Virus record (IMG/VR): IMGVR_UViG_3300020196_000026
Location: 5,102 to 69,101 of that record
Strand: one strand, 5' to 3'
Length of the DNA stretch: 64,000 nucleotides
Source of the DNA: a virus
In this document: positions 46,601-54,151 of the stretch, piece by piece
Position numbering within the stretch: position 1 is the first letter of the stretch
How the letters are laid out: each line of letters opens with the position of its first letter
Made by a program: the position numbers and the translations under genes
Notes under the pieces: generated by a model
What the model was told of the DNA's origin: nothing
The model's database searches: none
What the model saw: the letters and a program-made list of their open reading frames with translations, nothing else

Positions 46601-49364
46601 AGGGGAAAGTATCCTTTCACTTGCTCAACCGAGTACTGGATTTACACAGCGATTAAACACAATAACAAATGCAACAAACGTGCCTGTAGCGTTACGTCGC
46701 GGAGGAACAAAACGAACAAAGTTGATTTCAGCAAGTAGATATGCCTATCACACGCAAGATTTGGGCAGACACCTATATGGTGCGGGCTATAGTGTGATTG
46801 TTACAGATAATCCGGTTGTACCTGAAATTATTATGTTTGGTGGCGACCTAAGGTCGAGTGGTTGTGCACAAGATACTTATACGCCTCCTGCGGAAGCTCT
46901 TGCTATTCGTAACACACCATCCCTAACGCCTGAAGACGACATTGTTCAAATTAATACTCATAGAGCACAGATTTATGCACTTAAGAGTACCGGAGATATT
47001 ATTAATTGGGGCTACGAGGATGTGTCAAATTTTTACCAAGTAGACTCCAATAAAAAACAGTATTTTTCTTTGCCAGATAATTCCTTACGGGACATACTGC
47101 CCCGACTCACTGATTACGAAGACTCTAATCTTGCAATGTCGTATATATCGGGCATTCCTGGGGTTACTGATTCCTGGTCCGTAGATGTTTCTCTCGATCG
47201 TTATTTTAATGGTCAGAAGACAAATATCAAAAGATTCTCTGCTGTAGGTAAGTCTTCAGTTTATTCAATAGCTAATCCAGTGCATTTTGCTGAAACTTTT
47301 CTAGCTATAGATACTTGGCCAGGAGAGGCGGAGTTTCTAGACTCACAATATATTCTAAGAATTATTCCTCGAGGCGTAGCTTGTAAAGTGAATTCGGCAT
47401 CAATGTTTGCGTTGAATTTAGACTCTAAGCTAGGCATACAAAGAGTATTTATAGATGGGGCCAATGCGGGCGCCGACATGACTCAGCCTGCAGACTTCTT
47501 AATTGCCTCAAAGCAGGGCACAAACTTTGGTTCTTCTACACTTACATCCTATCCACCCGTTCGGATTAATACAGTCGTTGATAGTTCCCAAGCAATTAGT
47601 TTAACCGCCTCCGCCTCCTCAACATTTACTTCACCAAGCTTTATAAAAAACTCTTATGGAAGTAGTGCTAAGCTTGAGTTTGTCGATACTGACGGCAGTA
47701 TTGCTCGTACTGGTGGGCGAGTGGCTGACGTGAATCCGATTGACCCTTCAGATATTGCTCAAACAAAAGCATGGTATAAATATGAAAACTTGCCTACTAC
47801 TACTGGTAATTCTATAGCGAGTTGGACTAACAGTATTGCAGCTGAGACGCTTTCTCTAGCAGAAAGTAACCCTAACCTCCAGCCCAATGTAGTTGTATTT
47901 AACACGTCTTTCCGTGGCGCTCAATTTGATCGCGACACATCGCAGATCGATCGACTAGCGGTGGCAGCATCTGTAAGCGAATCTAGCTTTACCTACTTCT
48001 TGGTATATAAAAAGGCCTTTACCACTCAGCAGACTCACTGTGTATTTGGTAAGTATGCTTTACCCTCGGCAACAAGTCCAAGAGTACAAGGTATAGGGTT
48101 TAGTCAAGGTAAACCGGTTCTATTTATAGGTCAAAACCACGACATTGTAAACACTAGCGTTGGGACTACTTCTCCTGGAATTATTTGTGGCTATTTTGGG
48201 GGTGGCACAGATAGGGGCATTAGAGTTAATGGCAGCACAACTATTAATGAATCTATTAATAATTCTACTAGTGTACCTCTGAATATAACTGTTGGTTATC
48301 ATTTAGGTGGTGCAATAATTGGCGCAACTGGTAGTGCCATTTTTCACGATACCAACGATATTTATGCTGAAGTTGTTGTCGTTGAAAGTCGATTGAGCAA
48401 TAATGATATAGAGGTTATTGAGGGTTATCTTGCACATAAATTTAATCTGCAGGGCAATTTGCCTCCAAGCCACCCTTATAAAACTGCCCCTGCTGCATGG
48501 GATTCTGTTAACTCTGTTTACCCCGCAGCATTTCTTGAAGATCCACTTATGTTACTTGAATCTAATCGGCTTGTTGGTAGTAGTGGTCAAAACCAGACTT
48601 GGCTTGGTATGTTTGAATTAAACATTAACCACAAATCTAAACGTACTTCATCTGACGGTACAACAGTGCTAGATCATCATGCACCCCTATTAGCAGAATT
48701 TGGGGTTACTGTAGGCATTACTAAAAGTTTTATTGTAATGCCTATCGTAGCTATAGCACATGCTGCAGCTGGCTTGACAGTAGATTCTGTTACAAATTAT
48801 TTGGTGGGTACGGCTGCTTGCAGCCTTAATGTTGTACCTGCAGTTAGTTTAAAACATAGAATACTATCTACAGCTTTAGTTAATAATAATAAATCTAAAG
48901 TCTTTGCTATTACTATGAATCCAAGAGTTGGTCTAAGGGGTTCTATTTTTAGCACTCTGGGTGTTTTTGGTTGCGGAGATTACGATTTTATTTATGGCTG
49001 TCTGGGTACCTCCAATTTGCCGCCAGATCTCCTTGTGTTGTCTCCAGGTATTCTGTCTAGACAAATTAATGCTATATTGGTTACATCTGCATCTATTGGT
49101 AGAATTATACCTTTAAAATTTGGCTTAATTAAATGCCAATTACAATTAGCAACAAATACCAGCAATTGCATTTGTAGTCTTAAGTCAGCTATACAGGGTT
49201 CTTGCCACGGTATAAGTGTTGTAAAGGGCGCAACGTTAAGTAATACAACGACGAGTCTAAATACTATTGCTATACTAAGTGCTTCTAATATCAAAGTCTG
49301 TGCACCAGATTTCTTTGTAAAATCACCCTCAGCACCAAAAATTAATAAAACAGGTAATTTATGA
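37638..49364 (+). CDS. Giant (3908 aa) RCC1-repeat and LamG-like tail fibre/adhesin protein
   Basis: Clusters of VVCWGxNxxGQxxVP...AGxxHxxAL repeats; LamG-like domain ending IEGYLAHKFNLQGNLPPSHPYK. Confidence 0.8.
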   Translation: MPICNLITSSVAPSTIGKPPLQNAAIVGGLNCSGSLKAILKLSFASETNSYASVVARIPEESFIVIPPDITITGRAVRCKSDVGRYEDPLIIPLPKNLLPAYLNTIRALSGVRNRSISSVRKPQIFVYPSTFLSTYNVSTESRVVIGTGGFSVFVGANSSNLQITCNVAKSTINTGLVLRPISSTLNTTTGSNKFVLIGALNGSTISCSCGLISPSLIRTVTVSSTPQITSTLISIATSTDRQVSLTSPASCIPTSSTTARLGMQHPLTSPASCIPTSSTTARLGMQHPLTSPASCIPALSLSAELSEISGPIQINSTPPITPTLSSITVGLRVEFSLTSLTGCTPRALSLSANLQRISPPPIVSLLSNPVLCSSLLPTGGYAAPLFVPGSNSNYFNQVQEYVRYPLPTATSVADALDENVLPVQYSHSVFGSMLLRLTPGYASSAGVSFSLFATQLGSSAAQYAVTPNYDAKIILLRTSTLDSQSVQQTVFGSLAVGPDVNRVAPYSSFPRSYNSSVASMGSGGSASLVSVSADVTGTYSAPTVPMLFMGSTLVRHNYNQAQSTLKPSAVATDYYYPETSAIKITKARVETTTGIYNEGLSPIYSSPAFRLLSPTEYLNYSASGANFSINAAVMAQDGTTNSPAHIHASDAMMTFLPIKTGARYAYSRYRPSALSLFATVADAGFEGEIGDISFSASFIDIDGGAVDPNELYSGDADCILRVSIIPYVHSELDSFIYIDIPVLGISTINPDRVIIDSSYRWFIEQCLIGGSFVNTHGVRSLKDFYNAPNNAPTLVTKAVLAVTRPIVNIATDQGESEQQKLSNSGDRNLLMGEFSVDISRQDLSFDTALKVNVDTASGSAISIYTSDSNPAVQASSFDPNSLHLFVKFDGTLGCRRVVSGYAGPQVLDNLDPILPKKVREFIDTGGLFSEVKVGESIIALLSQGVTGKKLFLWGYNTYGHLDVPAAVDANFLTQGYIENVKQFDFNAGHIAVILDNGKLYSWGNKKSSVWADPNISPVSNLDIGGDFSVAIVKRFNSANNGVINVIEQYGDCPPSVSVPTAGITVATRQEVWPCDPNGSCEAGEVVYAGKVLACGKGHVVLLKSDNTVVCWGDNDYGQSTVPSGLSNVIAVDAGDYHTIALKNDKTVVCWGRNNHGQTDVPGDLRAKSISAGGDFCVALRTAQSTDVSSSVGSINDEEIEDTAACWGRNNRGQCDVPTCEGISYDPTFHKYRMRFWAVYCGWDHTVGIRRDDVQSKWVTQHPEFNRFLFYNLIKIPLKTSSGQTIFDCLRRLIETYEPGSNPPVFDGIVSSTGAEYSFTPISGTNQYRTAEVSGGSRDYRLLYTASLPPTLVVQFRNTGSTDWQDLTFSRDVYNYEQNLISTDNFTDILVGLESGFDVGWNGIPVMPTWCVTVGCHSTGGGEGDDGCFLGMRIAKNGANNENITVNYITSDSSSPNLDQSWVAWGNPMAWDASVDKTKYSPYYPQSSALDISVSGDIVPANIRRSSSIILKNIFSYVGCGKQLGIGTSSFNTQYPVLNSLEANSGPLHTTMYLGPRSLEIIDTANNFLSITSSASGQSLDRYELGSFAIFISDLGLTRFFNIPTPVNAEAINLYATPEKNEDSITPPKYLNRDTLAIGFNNKSVYVERFKGILPSGYSIVSNGSSSLPSGTPNSASGYHLLFSGTVGGSSINLVMTGAYSSKYGAANSISIPFDPNYSSSSLNSAWLPDLGITIKRVRIIRHQLDAQAGNNGRKTYIPSKHVTVFRDQNSLKAYGLVISNSSEQRVDNIKSLYSMNLFSTPNAAVYVSKGNRSVIAVKNHNIHIENSYPYFTEWAGNNTKGQLDLNLFGPFAINPNQMLPGEYNSYWLMNYNQTNIGHTQLPGLGYGFKKVVCGSFHTLAIDEDGFVHAWGLNTAINPPVSSIMPWDPILFSKTGCGDYVPANLTGYFIKDSSLPLCEGESIGFVCNRAPCSWPAGSSNQDRNLQNGLFKYPKRPVDESGCMGNYLTNRAFFVSAAGLENTSVHLLSQAIFGITTTTLAGGFRFFIGLEHDDTNGARIYVDCYSSGRIYSQPLEVNPKIIYLGFSAGAGYGGFTTIRAKINTKDIVWDQGGSTTLGINCIPYDKFLNVFGDSDALIPTYNRSVKRSTQPVNPLTGDAVKASEIIAGDSFFLALYNSQTSGKMRGSLVVDHYNDEISIGFENAIAAGSIVPFLALSGPKNYFIALVDRTYIQANVTVPADSIYNGAQVASINYNFNSASPNFKIYLGQEEVSPYTDPLDYSDETVDSNPPFGRWPKVVFPGDPEFDVASPPDEVWGYRQIGITYSANQFQFSLGVGAPTVPSAAHVYPAYPVAKDTANPFLKMVTYDTVSRRLLPQSYEPETIPTSPSSIALGHSAAFAIKSDATIFSWGLNIFDQRSDIDNDNISSAIMIAANYNGALVLDNLHKVRVIGAPGVPICLESDAQPPSNLGNCIYVAVTNNGVFAAIKQGGQVVCWGCATGPYGSSLINPPTNLGNCTQISGGVQHFAALQTDGKVVCWGDNTNGQTAVPSAALSGVVKVVCGGYHTVALKSNGQVICWGANGYSQSTVPGSLGIGCLDIAAGLTHTVAIKSTGSLSAWGNIAGTPTTGSYVKLGTGLYSEYAVAVRSPETGGEMVAWGNFGNFNETAIPTTSSRRTLSFNPSTSTNVGPYKHVAISAPTQEEFNHAYANIPLSIRARNPNIIYTSAELAGLEHAIAVASGSNAYYAIKASTYGATQGSLVAWGFAGSDNALQVPTGSNFVSVHSRNRHAAARKVDNTVVCWGSNLNGQAVSPTGTYSRVACGDDFTVAINASTNKLAIWGSISSVPAPYSNIAFSTVSAGKAHVVGSALGDYSENTSSGVFKVFNGDALAFGNNNAGQCNVPGFSYSGSNMGFGVSVVAGGDFTVYELKTDGFQVFTEVDSIALLDDDRDISLFEGYFTHKYDMLCPAVLPSEHPWSVNPPVSSRTPQGESILSLAQPSTGFTQRLNTITNATNVPVALRRGGTKRTKLISASRYAYHTQDLGRHLYGAGYSVIVTDNPVVPEIIMFGGDLRSSGCAQDTYTPPAEALAIRNTPSLTPEDDIVQINTHRAQIYALKSTGDIINWGYEDVSNFYQVDSNKKQYFSLPDNSLRDILPRLTDYEDSNLAMSYISGIPGVTDSWSVDVSLDRYFNGQKTNIKRFSAVGKSSVYSIANPVHFAETFLAIDTWPGEAEFLDSQYILRIIPRGVACKVNSASMFALNLDSKLGIQRVFIDGANAGADMTQPADFLIASKQGTNFGSSTLTSYPPVRINTVVDSSQAISLTASASSTFTSPSFIKNSYGSSAKLEFVDTDGSIARTGGRVADVNPIDPSDIAQTKAWYKYENLPTTTGNSIASWTNSIAAETLSLAESNPNLQPNVVVFNTSFRGAQFDRDTSQIDRLAVAASVSESSFTYFLVYKKAFTTQQTHCVFGKYALPSATSPRVQGIGFSQGKPVLFIGQNHDIVNTSVGTTSPGIICGYFGGGTDRGIRVNGSTTINESINNSTSVPLNITVGYHLGGAIIGATGSAIFHDTNDIYAEVVVVESRLSNNDIEVIEGYLAHKFNLQGNLPPSHPYKTAPAAWDSVNSVYPAAFLEDPLMLLESNRLVGSSGQNQTWLGMFELNINHKSKRTSSDGTTVLDHHAPLLAEFGVTVGITKSFIVMPIVAIAHAAAGLTVDSVTNYLVGTAACSLNVVPAVSLKHRILSTALVNNNKSKVFAITMNPRVGLRGSIFSTLGVFGCGDYDFIYGCLGTSNLPPDLLVLSPGILSRQINAILVTSASIGRIIPLKFGLIKCQLQLATNTSNCICSLKSAIQGSCHGISVVKGATLSNTTTSLNTIAILSASNIKVCAPDFFVKSPSAPKINKTGNL
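38373..38531 (+). repeat. 66-bp perfect tandem repeat, 2.4 copies
   Basis: Unit starts at 38373, 38439 and 38505 (LTSPASCIPTSSTTARLGMQHP). Confidence 0.95.
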
Positions 49365-50017
49365 TAGATCCTTATTTTGAACTCTTTTCTAAAACTGCTT
49401 TTAAGCAAGCCGTAGTCGCCGCTCCTGGTGGGGCTCTATTACCACCTCCCCCTCCCCCCGGTGCCCCACCCATGAACCCAGCTATGATGGGGGGTATGCC
49501 CCCCATGCCCCCTGGTGCCCTACCCATGGATCCCGCTATGATGGGGGGTATGCCCCCCGGTGCTCCACCCATGGATCCCGCTATGATGGGGGGTATGCCC
49601 CCTATGCCCCCTATGCCGCCTATGCCCCCCGGTGCTCCACCCATGGATCCCGCTATGATGGGGGGTATGCCCCCCGGTGCTCCACCCATGGATCCCGCTA
49701 TGATGGGGGGTATGCCCCCCGGTGCTCCACCCATGGATCCCGCTATGATGGGGGCTGATCCTCCAATGGATATTCCTACGGAGATTGCCAATATTAAGGC
49801 TATGCTGCAGCAGCTCATGGATGCGCAGGTAGCAATGATGCAAGCGCTTGCTCCTGCTGGCGCCATGCCTCCACCCATGCCAACAGGTGCTCCTCCTATG
49901 GACCCAGCTATGATGGGACTTCCTCCAGCGCTTCCACCGGGTATGGTCGCTCAGGCTTCTGATGAATCCGAGGATTTTACAAACTTTATTCGTTCAGTAA
50001 CGGAGTTGCTGCGGTGA
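49361..50017 (+). CDS. Pro/Met/Gly-rich low-complexity head-associated protein
   Basis: Leader MIDPYFELFSKTAFKQA; repeated PPMDPAMMGGMPPGA. Confidence 0.7.
   Translation: MIDPYFELFSKTAFKQAVVAAPGGALLPPPPPPGAPPMNPAMMGGMPPMPPGALPMDPAMMGGMPPGAPPMDPAMMGGMPPMPPMPPMPPGAPPMDPAMMGGMPPGAPPMDPAMMGGMPPGAPPMDPAMMGADPPMDIPTEIANIKAMLQQLMDAQVAMMQALAPAGAMPPPMPTGAPPMDPAMMGLPPALPPGMVAQASDESEDFTNFIRSVTELLR
49468..49755 (+). repeat. Approximately 45-bp tandem repeats (PMDPAMMGGMPPGAP)
   Basis: cccatggatcccgctatgatggggggtatgccccccggtgctcca recurs several times. Confidence 0.9.
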
Positions 50018-50262
50018 GAGTCAGAACGCAAAAAAGAAATATCCTGATTCCGGCTAAGTATGAAAAAGAATTATCTTCGGTTTTAATTTACGACGATCAA
50101 GACAGAGTAATTTTTGCCGTTACTGAAACCCCTGCCGGTACCTATAAGTTTACGCATCTAGGATTACCGGAGTTTGCTGAGGAGGTCCAGCAGATCACAG
50201 GAATGAGTCCTGAAGAAGCAAAACTTCATATAATGGACTTAAAACATGGACCCGTTAGTTAG
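50014..50262 (+). CDS. Hypothetical protein
   Basis: GTG start overlapping the previous TGA. Confidence 0.55.
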   Translation: MRVRTQKRNILIPAKYEKELSSVLIYDDQDRVIFAVTETPAGTYKFTHLGLPEFAEEVQQITGMSPEEAKLHIMDLKHGPVS

Positions 50263-51091
50263 ACAATTTTTGACAAAAATGGCGAACACGGATTTCCAGG
50301 GTGACCTGGTGTATCCGGATATGAATTTTCAAGATCCTCAGTCTTGGGGTTCTCGCTGGGCTCAGGATGTTCAAGCCTACGGGCATTTACGACCAGGTAG
50401 CGCCGAGTACAACGCAGCAATGCAAGCACAAGGCTATAGCCCAGCCTATATGCAAGGCCTTACCTCTTTAGGTCAAAGAGCCTTAGCTCAAGCACAGGAT
50501 CCTGATGCGGTAAGGGCACTAGCCTCAGGGCAGGCTCCTAATTTTGGACAACTTATTACAGGTATAAATCCTATCCAAGCTTTAGGTGGCTACAGAAACA
50601 CAGCGACTGCTATTATGCCTTCTGTGCAGAAAGGACTCACAGCAGGGGCAAAACAGCTTAATGCAAATTCTTTTAATCTTTTTAATGCTGCGGCTTTTGG
50701 TGGAGGAGCAGTTGAAGCAGACCTTTCCAATACGGTTTCGCAGATCATGCAGCGTGCGAAGGGGCAACTTGATCGCAACTCTCCACTAATGCGGCAGTTC
50801 ATGTCCAATGCTGCTACTACCTATGCTGCAAATAAGATAGACGATTGGACATCGGGTATGGGATCCTTCGGCCGAGGCTTACGAGGTCTAGGTCACTTCT
50901 TGCTTGGAATGGGGTCTAGACTTCCAGGTTACGAAACATTTAGCAATAAGTTGGTAGACTGGTTTGGCCCCGATATGTCTAATTATTTTACCAAACGTTC
51001 TTCAATGGCTCTGCCAGCACCATATTCTCACTATGCTTCAGTTCGTATACCTTGTGGCACTGAGGTACTAACACCATGGATCCGTCGCTAA
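50246..51091 (+). CDS. Putative internal virion protein with KxA/S sites near both ends
   Basis: MDPLVRQFLTKMA...; C-terminal TKRSSMALPAPYSHY. Confidence 0.65.
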   Translation: MDPLVRQFLTKMANTDFQGDLVYPDMNFQDPQSWGSRWAQDVQAYGHLRPGSAEYNAAMQAQGYSPAYMQGLTSLGQRALAQAQDPDAVRALASGQAPNFGQLITGINPIQALGGYRNTATAIMPSVQKGLTAGAKQLNANSFNLFNAAAFGGGAVEADLSNTVSQIMQRAKGQLDRNSPLMRQFMSNAATTYAANKIDDWTSGMGSFGRGLRGLGHFLLGMGSRLPGYETFSNKLVDWFGPDMSNYFTKRSSMALPAPYSHYASVRIPCGTEVLTPWIRR

Positions 51092-52935
51092 CGACTGTAG
51101 GTCAAATACTTATCAACGAATCCTTACCCCAAGAGTACAGAGATCACACTCGTGTATGGGAAAAGTCTTCTATGCGTAAATTTCTTACGCAAATGGCTAC
51201 AACTATGAAGCCCGATGACTATAAGGATATGGTTCAAAAGCTAACGCTTATTGGTCTTAAGAGTGCTAGACAATCTCCGCTATCTAGTTTTACTTTAGAG
51301 AGTCTTAAGCCAACAAAAGCTAAAAGTAAGATTACAGATGCACTTAAAAAAGATGTTCGCAATATTCTGCGTACCACTAAAGATCCAGAACAGAGAGATG
51401 CTGCAATTATAGAAAATACACTTAAGTATCAGGGTGATCTTGTGGACTCAGTATATGACGAAGCACTTAAGTCCGAAAATCCATTTGCTATGCAGGTGTA
51501 CGCAGGTGCTCGTGGCAATAAGAATCAGCTGTCGTCGATGATCGGTACTGACCTTATGTACAGCGATAACAAGGGTCGCCCTGTACCGATTCCAGTAGTT
51601 AACTCTTACTCCGAAGGCGTAGATCCTGTTGAGTATTGGGCAGGCTCTTATGGCGCCCGCTCAGGCGCTATTGATGTAAAGCTTGCTGTAGGTGACGCAG
51701 GATACTTCGCTAAACGTCTTACTGGTGCTGCCCATAGACTTGTTGTTACTGATGAAGATATTGAAGACGGTCAAGGTATGATGGTCGATACTGATGACCC
51801 GGATAATATGGGCGCTATTCTTGCAAGAGACGAAGGAGACTTCAAGAAGGGCACCTATATTGATGCTACCGTACTTAAGTCTCTATCCCAGGCCGGTAAA
51901 AAGCGCTTAATGGTTTACTCTCCTATTTCTGCAATAAGCTTAATGAATGGCTTACCTCGTTGGGCCGCTGGAGTTCGTGAGCATGGCAAGCTTGCTGAAG
52001 TGGGTATGAACGTAGGCATCGCGGCTGCGCAAGCAATTGCAGAACCTGTCAGCCAAGGCATGCTTAACTCTAAACACGGTGGCGGTGTTGCTAAAGGTAA
52101 AACAAAACGTACCGTAACCGGGTTTAATTACTTAAATCAATTAGTAGAAGTTCCAAAAACTTTTACAGACGGTGCTCCTGTATCCACTACGGACGGTATT
52201 GTCGGTAAAGTTGAATCTGCCCCCCAGGGTGGTAATTATGTGCACATAAACGACACTAAATACTACGTACCTACGGATCAAGCCGTAATCGTAAAGCCCG
52301 GCCAGTCGTTAGAGGCAGGAGATTCTTTATCTGATGGTATCGTAAATCCTAAAGACATTGCAGAACTTAAAGGTATTGGTGAAGCAAGACGTCGCTTCGT
52401 ACAGCAGTTCAAGTCCGCTCTTCAGGAAAACGGCCTACCTGCTCATAGACGTAATGTTGAGGTTGTGGCCAGAGGTTTGATTAATCAGGTTGAAATTACT
52501 GAGCCTGACGTCATTCCTGGAACCTATCCGGAAGATTTGGTTAGCTACGATTATTTGGCTTCTCAATATGAACCTCGTCAAGGGTTTGTATCCGGAGCTG
52601 CAAGTAAATATTTAAATTACTATTTAGAGAAACCGATTTTGCATTATTCGATCGGAACTCGTATAACTCCTAGCGTTGCTAAGGATCTAAAAGAAAACGG
52701 ATTTGGAGACGTTGTTGCGCATAAGAATCCACCCCCATTTAAGCCAACTATGACAAGAGCTATGATGTCATTGATTGGCGATAGAGATTGGATGGTCCAA
52801 TTAGGTGGATTTAATCTTAAAAAAACATTTTTAGATAATGTTCAGCGAGGAGCAACGTCTCAAATTCACGGAACGTCTTGGATACCCGCTCTTGCAACAG
52901 GAGAAATATCTAAGGGCCCTAAAGGCACTTATTAA
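51076..52935 (+). CDS. RNA polymerase beta' C-terminal half (separate gene)
   Basis: TTVGQILIN, GARG, bridge helix EYWAGSYGARSGAIDVKLAVGDAGYFAKRL, trigger loop GIAAAQAIAEPVSQGMLNSKHGGG, HRRNVEVVAR. Confidence 0.92.
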   Translation: MDPSLTTVGQILINESLPQEYRDHTRVWEKSSMRKFLTQMATTMKPDDYKDMVQKLTLIGLKSARQSPLSSFTLESLKPTKAKSKITDALKKDVRNILRTTKDPEQRDAAIIENTLKYQGDLVDSVYDEALKSENPFAMQVYAGARGNKNQLSSMIGTDLMYSDNKGRPVPIPVVNSYSEGVDPVEYWAGSYGARSGAIDVKLAVGDAGYFAKRLTGAAHRLVVTDEDIEDGQGMMVDTDDPDNMGAILARDEGDFKKGTYIDATVLKSLSQAGKKRLMVYSPISAISLMNGLPRWAAGVREHGKLAEVGMNVGIAAAQAIAEPVSQGMLNSKHGGGVAKGKTKRTVTGFNYLNQLVEVPKTFTDGAPVSTTDGIVGKVESAPQGGNYVHINDTKYYVPTDQAVIVKPGQSLEAGDSLSDGIVNPKDIAELKGIGEARRRFVQQFKSALQENGLPAHRRNVEVVARGLINQVEITEPDVIPGTYPEDLVSYDYLASQYEPRQGFVSGAASKYLNYYLEKPILHYSIGTRITPSVAKDLKENGFGDVVAHKNPPPFKPTMTRAMMSLIGDRDWMVQLGGFNLKKTFLDNVQRGATSQIHGTSWIPALATGEISKGPKGTY

Positions 52936-52942
52936 TTTTTTG

Positions 52943-52951
52943 TGCTATAAT
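52943..52951 (+). promoter_or_regulatory. Extended -10 element
   Basis: TGCTATAAT upstream of the AAGGAG SD of gene 52975. Confidence 0.55.
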
Positions 52952-52974
52952 TACTTAAACCAAAAGGAGACTTT

Positions 52975-53457
52975 ATGATTAAACAAGCATTTCAATCGGC
53001 AGAAGTAAAGAAACCTCTCATCGCTGCAGCTCTTATTCGGTATAAGCAGGCAGAGGAAGAGAAGGGTACAATGGGCAAGGCACTTGATTCTGCAAAGGCA
53101 TTCGGAAACGATGCTCTTGAAGCAGGTAAGCGTTACGGCCCTGGCGTAGGTATTGGCGCTGGCGTTGGCGTTCTTGCCGGTCTGCCTATTTCCGTACTCG
53201 CTAACGCTGTCTTCGGCAAGGACAAGAGCCTTCGTGGTTATCTTCGTTCTGCACTCATGGGCAGCCTCATCGGTGGCGGTCTTGGTGCTCTCGGCGGTGG
53301 CGGTCTTCGCTACTACGGCGAATCCAGCCCAGAGCGTGGCGCTAAGGTTGATGCAGTCATTGATGCTCTCGGCGGCTACGCTAATCAGGGTGCCGCTGCT
53401 GTCGGCCTAGACGTGAATGCTGATGCTGTGGCCAAGTACCTCAAGGATACTTATTAA
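52975..53457 (+). CDS. Glycine-zipper hairpin protein with KQA sites
   Basis: MIKQA...RYKQA; GVGIGAGVGVLAG and GSLIGGGLGALGGG helices. Confidence 0.7.
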   Translation: MIKQAFQSAEVKKPLIAAALIRYKQAEEEKGTMGKALDSAKAFGNDALEAGKRYGPGVGIGAGVGVLAGLPISVLANAVFGKDKSLRGYLRSALMGSLIGGGLGALGGGGLRYYGESSPERGAKVDAVIDALGGYANQGAAAVGLDVNADAVAKYLKDTY

Positions 53458-53524
53458 ACAACACTAGTAGTAGATTGGGACTAGTCTAAAAAAGGCCCTT
53501 TCAATTTACAAAAGGAATTAAAAC

Positions 53525-54091
53525 ATGGCAAATGGTAACGAATTAACAGACTCGGCAACATATCGCAACGCTCTCATGACCACAGATGTGTTTAAAAACA
53601 CTTCTGGGGCTCTCAGATTCTTCGCTTACGTAGGTCCAAATGGCAAGGAACTTGCCAGTGGAGCAGTAGAGCTGGTTCAGGGCAGCTTTGTTCATCCAAT
53701 GGGCATTCTTGAGAAGCAAGCCATCCTCAGAGATCTTTCTGCAGGAAACATCAAGTATGGCAAGAGTGGTGTAAGATTTTACACCATTGCTAACTTGACC
53801 GGCAATACCGCAGGTACAGCAATTGTGCAATCTGCAGGTAGAGTTGTAGGCGCATGGTTTGTTCCAGTATCCGGCGCTGCCGGCACCGGAACTATCACTG
53901 TAGTTACAACTGCTGGCTCACTTGTTGCCAATACTGCAGGAACTCAAATTGGCGACACTAGCAATAAAGTCAAGGAGCTCACGATTGCAGCTGCTGGACA
54001 AGATGTAGCTGCCGGTGATGTAATTACTGCTACTCCTGCAATTGGTGGAAACGTAGCAAGAGTTGTCATTGCAGTTGCAGAGCACGGTTGA
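53525..54091 (+). CDS. Putative virion structural (decoration-like) protein
   Basis: A/G/T/V-rich beta-type C-terminal domain; strong SD; within the head module. Confidence 0.5.
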   Translation: MANGNELTDSATYRNALMTTDVFKNTSGALRFFAYVGPNGKELASGAVELVQGSFVHPMGILEKQAILRDLSAGNIKYGKSGVRFYTIANLTGNTAGTAIVQSAGRVVGAWFVPVSGAAGTGTITVVTTAGSLVANTAGTQIGDTSNKVKELTIAAAGQDVAAGDVITATPAIGGNVARVVIAVAEHG

Positions 54092-54102
54092 TTTAATCAT
54101 AC

Positions 54103-54133
54103 TTATCTGGCGGGGGAAACCCCGCCAGGTAAA
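54103..54133 (+). terminator. Stable GNRA hairpin (terminator or mRNA stabiliser)
   Basis: ttatctggcgggg-gaaa-ccccgccaggtaa. Confidence 0.6.
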
Positions 54134-54151
54134 TTCCCTTAAGAGATAACT

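Noticed and set aside
31178-49364. Diversity-generating retroelement acting on the adhesins
   Set aside because: No reverse transcriptase, and I saw no template/variable repeat pair differing only at adenines in this window.
49372-49878. Minus-strand ORFs 49372..49878 and 49520..49843 (Gly- or His-rich repeats)
   Set aside because: Antisense shadows of the Pro/Met repeat gene.
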